Of a stretch of 64,000 nucleotides of DNA, positions 13,270 to 25,225 are shown in pieces. The stretch spans positions 3,534,001 to 3,598,000 of the forward strand of contig OZ116712.1 in assembly GCA_964199315.1 (NCBI GenBank), given 5' to 3'. The notes below the pieces were generated by a model. The model was given only the letters and a program-made list of their open reading frames with translations, was not told where the DNA came from and made no database searches. Every line of letters begins with the position of its first letter. Within the stretch, counting starts at the first letter, position 1. The DNA is from Orbicella franksi (taxonomy: Eukaryota). A program made the translations under genes and the position numbers.

Positions 13270-13432
13270 CCGTCAGCGAAGGGTTCTCGAAGAACAAAAT
13301 TAACATTTGCATACTTGATACACCTGGTGAAATAACATTACTATTGTTACTTGAACACGCATGACACCTCACACAACTAAATTAAAAATATTTGCTGTAG
13401 GTTTCTATCTCTTGTGATCAGAAATTAATTTT

Positions 13433-13599
13433 ATAGACCATATTCGTGTTCTTGGTATTAGACTGGAACTAGCTTGCGACTGAGGCTTGAGTTTTTCAAA
13501 TGCAAATGGTCCATCTCTTTTTAATAATGATATTCACCCGCATGAGCCTCTATTGCAAGCTAGTGCCAGTCTAAAAGCGAGAACACGAATATGGTCTAT
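13433..13599. mobile_element. MITE (167 bp)
   Basis: 20-bp perfect TIRs: atagaccatattcgtgttct ... agaacacgaatatggtctat. Confidence 0.85.
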
Positions 13600-16430
13600 T
13601 GCAGTAAGACGGGAGCTCACCTTACGTCTCACCAGGAAATATTTGTAATAAATTTGCAGTATGGAGACAGCATGTTAATAAAATAATTTAACAAACTTTA
13701 AGTTATTGTTTATTTCCCGTCCTCTAGCTCTCTGGGGTTCTTGGTAAAGTTATGGCTTATTTCTCTCTTACGGGTGTCATCATCAGTACTCATAGCAACG
13801 GATACCTTTACTAAGTAAAATGAACTATCTAAATCACCAGAGTAGAGGATTTATGTAAAGCAATTTGAGGTTGCCAATTTGCTCCCATCATTGCAGGAAA
13901 CTTGTGTCAATTTGAAACTGGTGGATTTTGACTTATTGGAAAGAATCGAGAGAACATATTCAAGAAACTGATTTTCGATAAGTTTTCCTGTTCCAAAAAT
14001 GGCAACCATCACATTCGGTCTTCATGTATTTTGGGATGGAACAAGTTCAAAAGTTCAAACACTAAAGTACTCATCTAAAAATAGTTTTTGAACTACTCAA
14101 GGTAACCATAATTGACTCTCTGAGTTATTTTCTCTCTCAAGTGCGCAAATAACAAAGGCAGTTAAAGGCTATGGTAATTAGTTAAAGCAAAGCAGAAGAT
14201 TGAAAAAGCAATCAGAATATAATCTGACAGAAATTTACTCGGGTATAGGGAGGGTTTCCTAACAAAAAAACCCAAGACGTCGCCGTAACAAAGCAGGTGT
14301 CTGAAGTTGATTGCATTCCATCTTCAAGATGTTCAATTCAAATTGGACACCCATTTTGTTTCAGGATTACTTCTGGAACCAATGCAAGGATGCCTTCTTT
14401 CTTTTGCAAGTGCGTCCTACAAAAAGAGGTCAAAACACAACTAATACTGTTACAGGTGGCTGGATTCACGCTTCTAACCTGTTTGTAAAACATAGCCCTG
14501 TTTTCCCTAGCAGAGTGTGTGGCGTGAGACACAACAATCTCTCTCATTAGGATATCAAAATAAAAAGGTCTGAAACGATTCTCAGCCACAAAGGACATCG
14601 ATTTACTCTATTTCTCGGTTAGTTAAGGGATACCCCTTCGATAAAAGTGCTGATTGCCTTTATTCATGCAAGGAAAACCACCAGTCAAAACAGGTTGGCA
14701 CTGGTGTTTTCACTTCGATAGTTTCTTCACTTCCCGTATCTCATGAGGGTGTGACTGAAGGGAATCTTGTGCCAGAAATGTGTCATGTAATATAGAGATA
14801 CATAATTTCAGTGCCGCCCTAAAGACTTATTTTCCACTCTTTACTGAGGTAATTCATGAAATCAAGTATCAGATAATTTTCGATGTCCAAATTTGGAAGT
14901 CATCAACAGGGCCCATAATTCGTGATATCGCATGCATCGTGGGTCGCGAAAAATAATGGCGGATCATCGAACGAAATGTTTTGTCTAGGACGTAGTTACA
15001 AATGGTGAGTGATTTGTAAATTTGTATCAGAATAAGGGAAAATATTTGCGATAGTATCTTGTTTTGTCACACGGCATCAGAAACCATAAAGTTATGTTTG
15101 TGTCTAGTAATTACGACATTCACGATGCAAAGAAAATGTCATAATTATGAAGTGAATATGACTTTTTATCACCTATAAAGGGCTCTTGGTCCGGGTTTTT
15201 ATGGTCTTGATTTATGCTTTGTAAAGTTAACTTATATTTTCAGTTAGCCATGAGTTACAACAAAGCTGAAGCAGCAGTAATCTAAAAATTGATTCCTGAT
15301 CCAGTTTTAATGACAAATCTTACAAGTCATCTTTCCGTTATTCATTTGTTAATTAGAGTAAATCAGAGTTTGTAAGATTCTTTAACAGAATTATTATTAT
15401 ATGCTTTCCGAACTAAATCTACCTGAGGTTCGCAATTTCTCTGCACTGTGTTGATGCTGTGCAGATGAATATATTATATTATATTATATCTTTTTCAAGG
15501 TCAGAAGAATTTGTTAGTAATGATGCTTTTTCTTTGTGGGTAATTAAACCAGAGTGTTTCCAAAGAATAATTTGGAAGAAAAAATAAACAAAAATAAAGC
15601 GATATCAGATTAGGATCCGGTAAAAAAATATAGATTCCAATTTCCAAAAATACAGATAGTCAATGATTATTTTCCTGTGGCTGTTTGGTTTTCTCGAAGT
15701 GTCTATTGTATACTTTAATTCGACAATTAAATATCGCTTGATATTTGCTGAAACATGGATTTATATAATGACTCTACTATGGCGGTAAAAGGGAATAACT
15801 GGCGATCCTGTTTGCCTTTTTTCATGGTTTGTTGCTCATTTTAGCCGGGGTTTGCCATCAGATTGGGCTGGTTACAAATCCTGAAAATTACCACCAGTTC
15901 TGTTTGTACATGTTGACACGATCTGACGAGAGAAACCTCTTGGGATTACACGAAGATTTTTTTGTCTTTCATTTCAAGTTTGTTAAAACCAGGATTTATT
16001 TGTGCTTTAGTTAGGTTCCAGGTTAGCGTTTTAGAAGTTGATTGTTGTTTCTCTTCACAGGGCGAAAGCCATGTGAGGAAACGGCAAGAAATTATAGCTT
16101 GTGATGAATAATTTACTGGCCTTATTGTCCATTTTACTGGTGGAATGGCCTCTGACAACATCAGGTAAAATCAAAAATCCTTTCCATGGAAACGGCCAGA
16201 CTAACGGAGAAGAAACACCAATTTTAAAAAGACGTCTTTGTAGTGGTTAGAAACATACCTGCAGTTGCGATTCCCGCGTGCAATGCAAGGATGACACTGG
16301 TACTGCTTGGCACCAATATAATAGTCGGGTTGCATGGCAACTTCCACAACGAAACAAACACTGTTGGCCAACAGGCTATATACAACAAAGGAGTAGTCAA
16401 CGTCGCTCTATATAGAGAAACTAATTGATT

Positions 16431-16839
16431 AAGGGCCTCCACAGACTAGACATTTAGTTGTTATCCACCGTGAAAACCGTAGTGTGTGAGATGAGTTGTC
16501 GACCACAAAACGCTAAATTTTTAGCTCTCGACAACTAAACAATTTTCAGTTTTTGAAACGAGATACTGCTTTAGTTGTCGACAACTACGTTTTGACCTTT
16601 TTTCCCTTGTGTGGGAATCATTGGTTTAGTTGTCGGCAACTATCGAAACATGACGCACATTTAGCATGCGTGTTGTGTTTTGAGCACGCATAGTGAACCT
16701 TAGTTCCTAAGGTCTCGCTGACCTGACTTAGACATCGACAACTAACACTCCAATGTGTGGAATGCTCGCATCTAACACAATTAGCTGTCGATAACTAAAA
16801 GGTTGTTGGCTACCAAGCGTCTAGTCTGTGGAGGCCCTT
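16431..16839. mobile_element. MITE (409 bp) with internal palindromic repeats
   Basis: 21-bp perfect TIR (aagggcctccacagactagac / gtctagtctgtggaggccctt). About 6 internal copies of the palindrome TAGTTGTCGACAACTA, perfect at 16572-16587. Confidence 0.85.
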
Positions 16840-16984
16840 GGTGGTTTCGTAAGACCTCTTAATAACAACGAGATAATTATTTGTCGTTTTAAGGCCGTAA
16901 GAGTGGAACATATATTTAAACTTTTGCTATTGGAAATCCAGTGCAAGAAACCACAATTAAGGAAATCTAACTCAATTTTTACAG

Positions 16985-19900
16985 CTTCACCACGTCTACA
17001 AGGATCATACAAAAGTCAAACGTACCGACCATCTCCAAGGGCCAAGGATCCACTGGCACCAAACCTATTTACACCAAGAATTTCAAGGAACAATTATTGG
17101 AGTCTTCATTATGTTCCTACAAAAATCCGTTACGGTGCCTATCAAAATAGATACAATTCTAAAAGTATTCCAAGCAAGGTTGTTCTCCCTGCAAGGGAAA
17201 CAATGCTGAATGCTAAAAACTTAGCTGCCAAATCATATTGGTCACAACGTGCAAATGGGAAGACAACGGCAACATTTCCATTGGCAAGGAAACGTTTACT
17301 TGGTACGAAAGGCCCTGCACTTAGCAAAAGCGAGCAAATATCGCTGCGGCCCAAGACTACGATTAAAAAGGCAACTCTCTCTTCTAATCCACGTTGGGCA
17401 AGGAGTCGTGGAGAGCATAAAAAGAAAAAGCAGTTTATAGTTGCCAACTGGGGTGGGTTAGGTTTAGGGAATGGACTGGGATTAGGTTTAACAGGCACGA
17501 CAACGGACAGTTATGGCACGGGGCTTGCAACGGGACTAGGGACAAGTTACGGGGCAGGTGGTACTTACGGGACGGGTCTTTCTGCAGACTATGGTGCTGG
17601 CGTCGGGACAATGCTTGCCACCGGGTATGGAACGGGCGGTACGAATGTATTGGGTTCTAATGCGGTATTGGATGCCAGGCACAACTTTGGTTCAAGTTAT
17701 GGAGATACAACTGGCAATGGTCAAAGCCAATCAGCATTGAGCGATCTTTCCGCTGCGGGACTGGACTCTTTAAGCTCAGCACAAACAGGTGGTAATTCAT
17801 ACGTTGGTTTGAACTCTTATGTGTCAAACTTAGCCGGAGGAGGGACATCTAACTTGAATTCGTTAAACTCAGTGAGCGCATATCAGAATAACGGCTTGGA
17901 CGTCTTGGGAAACACTGCAAACACTGCTTCGACAGGTTTGACCGGGCTCGATTCATTGACAGGGGGACTCTCACAAAGTCAGCAGTATGGTGACGGCAGT
18001 GACAATTTGGTAAACTCTCTAGAAGAAAAACTTAACATGGGAGGTGGAAGCAGACAAGGAGTCGGCGGTGGGTGCACGTTGTAATAACATTATAATCTGT
18101 CTTACTTTGTTTTCTTAAACTACCCAATGCTTTCATTGAACTCGTTAATTCAAATTATTTGCTTCCTGTAGTAGATAGAAGTTAACATACTTAGCATATC
18201 CAATTGCACTTCAGCAAGAGAGAATGTAGGGTGGGATCGTTAATCTTACATATAGGCTTTATCCGCCACACCATGACACGAAATAGTTAAAAAATGTTTT
18301 TCAGGCGATGTGACCTACAGTGGTGAGAAAAGAAGTCTCATTATCTGTCAATGTGTGAGTTAATGTGCTTTAGCAAGTACACTAACACATTCTTATTGAT
18401 TCTTGGATGGTTTAAGATTTGTTTTGAACAAGCGGTAATAATAATAACTTAGGTTTGTCTGTATGGGAAACATCAACCCACTACTTATTGAGGAAACCAA
18501 AATATGATGATGTAATATGAAATGTGTCTTTGTCGTTTACTTACAGGAATGGATCTTGGGATGGACGATCTAGGTGGCAATGGGATGTCCGACAATTCCC
18601 TGCAGCAGCTTCTGGGACAAATAATGGTCGGAGGGGGAGGAGGAGGTGGCGGTGGTGGTGGTGGTGGCGGGGGAGGAAGAATGGGAGGTGCTGGTGGACG
18701 TATGAGCAACAACAACGATAACATGGGAGGAGACTTAGGCAATCTTGATCTTGGATCACTGGGGCTTAATCTTGAGATGGGGAATGGGATGGGAAATAGG
18801 ATGGGAAATGGGATGGGAAATGGAATGGGGAATGGGATGGGAAACGGAATGGATAATAGCATGGAGGGAGTTGGAGGGATGGGAGGCATGGGAAATAGTA
18901 TGGGGAATGGAATGAATGGTATGGGAAATGGAATGGGCATGGGGCTGGGGATGGGCATGAGCATGGGAGGAATGGGGCATGGGATTAAAATAGGTGGAAT
19001 GAACGTCGGGGGACATGCTGCAGGGATGGGAAGTCAGGATGACACCAACCAAGAGGTAAGAAGACCATCCATGCCAATAATTTAATCGTAAGATTACAGT
19101 GCTAGAATGTGAGGGAATACTACTGAGGCTGGAAGAAGAATAGATAACTCTTTTAGCTCGGAGCTTAAGATGTCGATATTTTCTTCAAGTTAGATACAGC
19201 TCCCTTTTAGTAACTAAGCAAGTTAACACTTTATTTAGTGAGGGTACCACTAGATAGCTAAACGCTAATAAACCTGTGGCCCTCAAACAATCAAAACATG
19301 AAAATACAAATTTCTAAAAACAGATCTGGCAACTTCGTATTTCGGTAGAGTCATTTAAAAAGGGAATCAGCGATTGAACTGAAGGCAAACGCTTTCAGTT
19401 GTAAATAGTTGTCTGAGCGAAGGTCGGGATGAAGTTGTCATGGCGCATAGGGTCTCAGGTTCAATTCTACCCTCTGGTAATAACGAAGGGTTAAAAATTT
19501 GTGATCCCAAACTATCGCCTTTGAACTAGCCTCCTTCCAGGTCAGAAATTTACATTACTACTTTTTAACATTAAATATACACTACACTAACGCCGCAGTA
19601 CTTAGTCTCATGGACAATTGACCACCCAGATTATCTTTCTTCTGTTCTAGATGGAAGATTCCCAGCCTTCTAACGCGCCAGACGAGCAAAGTGTGCCAAA
19701 TTATATGCAACGTCCGTTGGCCATTGCGCCCATCGTACCGGGTCAAACTGTGCACGCGCACGCAAGTGACAAGCCAAAGCGACCAAGCTACTCCACAGCT
19801 CTCTATTCACCAGCCGAAATGGCACTGAAGGTTCAAATAAAGGCTAATAAAGAGCATCAAAAGAAACTAAAGGTAAAGCAATTTTCATAAAGTGAAATGC

Positions 19901-22900
19901 AAAACAACCTGAATTCTTGTCTTTTTTAGTGTGATGGTGTTGAGCCTTCGCAACCAGACATTTTAATAGCTAAGTCCTATAAAACTTGGAGAGTGGGCCT
20001 TTTCTATTCAGGGTCCGAGAACTACTCCGTTAAAATATCCAGAGGAAATGAAGTGCCGAATGTGTTTACCTTTGATTATTTAACTCCAACGTTTATTAGG
20101 TTGGCTCCCTAAAAATCAAGTTCAGTGTTTTTAGCTCAAATTTTCACATCACCTTTAGAATTGAAGAACGTTAAAATAACTTCACATAACTTTACATATT
20201 TTTTCACCAGGATTTAAAAATGAAATTAAGAAAGCTTCGAACGAAGCTGCGAAAATTAAAATCCGAGTACCAATATTCCGAGGACGAGGAGCAATCCGAG
20301 AAGTCAGAGATGGATACACTTCAAGATTTGAAGAGGGCGACGGAACAGGCGATTAGGGAGCTACAAGTTGAGGCCGCTAAGGCTAATAAAAGGAAAGGTG
20401 AGCACAAATCACATAACAGGCTTATCAAAGAGTAGAACGAAAAAACCTACCTTAATTTTCTTGTCTACCACATAAAGAACAGCCAAAACGTTTTCCTGGA
20501 AAGTGAAATCTTACGATTAATGGACTAGATAAAGGGAAGAGCTCGAGCAAGGCAAGGATGACAAACGATGGAGTGACTTTACTAACTAAGCAGACCTCCC
20601 CAGTTGGTTGAGGCACCCAATTCTTCCCCTGGTATAGCTACGTCTCAACCTCGTTTCCAGGTTCCTATCTCTTCTTCTTTCGAGAAAGGTACGTTCCCAA
20701 GGAAGGAAGAGACAGGACTCTAATGACGTCACTAGAAAAGATCTTGTCGCGCCTCTGATTAGCTGTAATTTCGTGTTTGCGCCCGCGAACAGAGTCATCA
20801 GTATGCTCAGATTATACTGACACTAAAACCTACAGTAGTAAGGGGAGTGGAAATGGATTGCAATAAACGTTAGGCTATCGTTTGACTCAGAATGCTGTGG
20901 AGAAATTAAATTCTTTTAGGTACAGGTTCCTTTGTGTAAATGTGATCCCATACTATATTGAAAGGTGGAATCTTAATTTTACGTTAAAATGTTAAATGAA
21001 AATTTTATTTCAATGTCTTCGTTTTACACAGGTGTCAAAAAGCTCATTTATATTCACAAATTTCCTGAGCCCGGTGGGAGCAAACAGCCCGGCAAAGCAA
21101 ATAGTCTAGCGGACCTGGGCACGGACTTGCTAGCCCTTGTCGAGACAGACAAACCAAATTCTGCACCAGTGAGTCCTAAGCCCGTGACCCCAAAACCGGC
21201 TCCTCCGTCCACCCAGGACGCGCAAAAGAAACAGCCCATACAGGACGATACACCTTCTCTCACAGAACTCGAGAAACAAGCGGAAATGGAAGTTAACTTT
21301 CTTACCAAGAAAAAAGACAAAGGTATGGTATGGTTTGCCCATTTACTGGTGAGCATCACAGTTTTTGTTGCTCTGTTATATCATTTTGAACTGGCGTTGT
21401 CTCTGTTGCATTGGGTGATGTAGCAGCTCTTGTAAGATCTTACATGAATGGCTGATACCCTTCAGGGACAAAACAACAGAAACAATGGCTCAAGATCTAC
21501 AATAATAACAGCTGCTACAATAATACGACAATACCATAGCTTCTTCACTTCTTGTTTGCACAGCGTGTTTTCAGTGTGTAAATCTTTCATGTGAACGAAT
21601 GAGAGCTCTACAGCTCTTTTCCTATCCATGCATATCAAACTTATTTCCACACTAACTGTTTTGCCACCGAATCGTCTTGAGAAGCTCTGTGGCAATGAGC
21701 GTTTAAGGTTTTTCCTTGGTAATTTGGTCAACGAAACCGACCATTTTAAACATTTTGGCAGTTAAAAACCAAACTAATCGTAAATATGAGAAGAATTTTG
21801 GAAAAAATGTTTTGGTGCATTCTAGAGACATTCGAAAACCGTCCAAAACTCTCCTCAATTATTTTGATACCCTTGGAGATGATATTCTTTTGTTGATTTT
21901 ACAGGTAAACAGAATGTATTAAATCCAGGATTAAAAATAAACATTCCAGGTCAGTGTTTTATTTTAATATTGAAAACCGTCTAAACTGTCCTTGTTCGTA
22001 CTCAGACCTGAGTTTTTGATTGGCTTCATTGATGTAACGGCTGACCAATCAAAAGCTCTTCTGAACCTTAATAATCTTTGACATCTCACTCTCATAAGAT
22101 GGAAAAAAGCGCGATTCTGACCTCTTTGATAGAAGAACGTTTTAAAGCCAGTCTCGTCTCTTTGGCGATTACCTAACAAAATTAAATTATTGTTATTGTC
22201 TACATTGCAGAGGCAGCCGCAATCTCACCAAAAGAAACTCCAGGTGAGAAGATAATTTATAACGATACGATATGATTGTACGCGTCCTTCGATAATTTTT
22301 TAACGAGGCAACGAGTTTTGTATCAAGATCTTTATTTAGTCAGTACTTTAGACTGCGAGTAAATAATTTGGAGGATTCTCACAACATCTCAGTCGCGACC
22401 ACTGCATTAGCTAGTTGTAATTGTTTCTGTGCAGTACAATTTGGCATTTGATGAGCTCTATAACTAGTTCATAATGCCTGTGACACTAGTCTCGAAACAA
22501 TCAGTGAGAATTCAATGCATTAAGAAAGAAAGCCAGTTACCAACGGGACACGTAAAACGGAAGATTATTGACGACTGTAATACAGTCAAGACTCAGACAA
22601 CTGTATTGTTTTAGTCTTTATCTAACCATCATGTAAAAGATATACCTAAGCAACTGAAATGTTCCTTATCTTGTTGCCCAAGGTTCCAAGGGAGAGACAC
22701 GCATGCATGTATTAGGGGCCAATGATATACCAGTCCCTGCCTTAAAAGAGCATGAAACGTCAACTCTAAGTATGAAAAATAAATAGCTTTCTGAAGTGTT
22801 GTCATGTGGGAAACGTAATGGGTCTTGGGAATATATAATAGTAACGATGATTTATAACAGTAAAACCGTGACACTATGTTCTTTTCGTCAGCATCATCAG

Positions 22901-25185
22901 TCCTTGTCGCGCCTTGAGACGCATAAGGTCTTCTATGTTCTTTTAAAAAAGTTGTGGGATATATAAAAGTAAAATTCCTAATCAGTCGATTGATACGTAA
23001 TCAATCATAGGGGTCAAGGAAATGTAGAAAAAGATCATCAACCATGCAAAAAATGGCACGGTTAAACCCATTAATCAAGATGACCATTGAGCAGTTAGAA
23101 AACATTGTCGTTAAAAGTTCAACAAAAAAGCTTTCTTACTGACAAATGTTTACCTCTTTGCCTCAGCACCGCATTTTAATATGCCCGTGAAACCGCAGGT
23201 CATAAAAACGCCAGGTGGTCAGCGGTTACTCAATCCAATTCAGCTTAACAACTTGGCACAAATACTTCCAGGTATTATATTTCAACCATCTGCTTTTTGC
23301 GCCTAATCAATTCATCGAATAATAATTGCATTCTTTCCTACTCTCGTTTGTTTACATTACTTGCAAAAAAATCTCGGACGATATTAATTTCGGACAAAAA
23401 GAGGGTCCGAAAATAAAACCGTCTCAACTTTTTAAACGTCCGAAATATTTACAGTACAGTATAAAGCTTTTAAGTAGTTCGAAAGCTCTTAGTTTCCATT
23501 TTGGAGGAATTCTAGTTGAGACAATGCTTGAGATATGTAATGGCTTGATAGAATTTGTGCCATTTTTTCGTTGGTGCTTCCGTAAAACCTGGAAGGAGCA
23601 GTCAAACTATCATTTTTTCAGCTGCTGTTTAAGCTATGCTTCAGCAAAGTGTCCGAAATTTTTGTCTGAAATTTGTCCGAAATGAGATAAAAAGTGTCCG
23701 GTGTCCGAAAATTAAACGCCCAAACTAAAACGTCCGAAATTTTTAGCAAGTAATGTACAGAAGTAAATATACTTCCCTTCTCTTAGTGCCGCATAGGTGT
23801 TGGTTAATGAAAAAGCGTAGCGTTGTAGCTTCCTTTCTGTGTGGCAATATTTGTTTCTTCGTCCTTCCCTATCCACGTTTCCTCTTCGCCCAGTTTAAGA
23901 CCTATATGGCATGCGTCTAGACCATCTATTCATTACTGACTATAAATAACACTAAGAACTTGTAGTTAATCTAAAAAGTAATCAATATTGCAATGAGGCC
24001 AGAAACACCGGCAGAAAAAGACTGAAAACTTGCTAAACTTGATGTTTGTTTTGTTACTCTTAGAACCCATTGATAATACAAGGGAAAGGAAGTTTCAGCC
24101 ATCTCGCCCACATGGTAAAGTGACCTAAGGCCAATTTCTCCTCACAGTATCGATAATCTTATAAACATCAGGTTATGAGAATAAAGGCAATCATCAAATA
24201 GAAGATATCCACCCTATATGGAACGAGATTCTCAGAGTTAACCTTAAAATAAATATACGATAATCAGCCAGGTGAATTATTAGAGGACATGAACATCTTT
24301 AACAACATAATTGTAAACACAAGACTAGACCTCTATTGTTCACCGGCGTTCAGCATTAACAACGTTTTTTTCAGTTTTCTCCAAAGGTGGCATGAACAGA
24401 ACTAAACATGCTCCAGGTTAGTAGCACAGCATAGATTATTAAGCTTAGTAAGCCATTGACTTGATGTCATTTCGAAGTGGGTATTTGTATCTGTCAATTG
24501 GGGATTGCCTCACAAAGACTCGACAAGTAAAAGAAAGTCATTGTATTTGTGCCTGCTGAGTTTTTTATGACCTAGGTGGGTTTTCCTGTGCCAGCAGCGG
24601 TTTTTAGTCTCGTGCATACGTACAGATGGTCCTTTTTGAACGGAGACCACGAGGGCCACCGACTTCAAACCTCAGTTCACTCGGTTTTAACGGTTTTCTC
24701 AGTTTGTATGGCAGTTTTAGTTGCGTTTTTCCCAAGGCCTATACCTGTGAAATGTTTTGGTGGGGCCTCGTGTATTAAAGGACAAACGGAATAAACGTTG
24801 AAATTTTACGTAGTTGTATATGAAGGGTTTTATGGTTAGCCGCCGTTTGTATTTACAGTACTTCTCCCACAGATTATTTTAGCATCGGCTGTTGGCGAGA
24901 TCAACCCGAGAGAGCGCTTCCTAGTCTGGAAGGAATATTCCCAATGTTAGATGGAAACGACTACATGTTACGCAAATATGCAATTAAAAAATGTTCAACC
25001 ATCGCGAGGGTCCAGGGATTTCCTGCCTTTGCTTTGGAAAATGGCGGCCAGTGTTTAGGCGGTAAGGATATTCTAGAAACATACAACATGTATGGAGCCT
25101 CAAGCGCGTGCAAGCCAGATGGAAGAGGAGGACCCTGGAGTATGGAAGTGTACAAGTTTACCAGTAAGTAAAAAGCTTCTCAAAC

Positions 25186-25225
<40 letters not shown>

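Noticed and set aside
14957-15010. First exon of a housekeeping gene (aataATGGCG... aaatg|gtgagt)
   Set aside because: The frame stops after 10 codons and no compatible downstream exons were found.
16828-16984. N-terminus of the 418-aa ORF (MEALGGFV...)
   Set aside because: It starts at a GTG inside a MITE TIR and crosses intron-like sequence; the exon begins at the 16985 acceptor.
18485-19052. Minus-strand Pro-rich and His-rich ORFs (159 aa, 98 aa)
   Set aside because: Antisense shadows of the GGN/ATG-rich exon of gene D, with no independent splice or start support.
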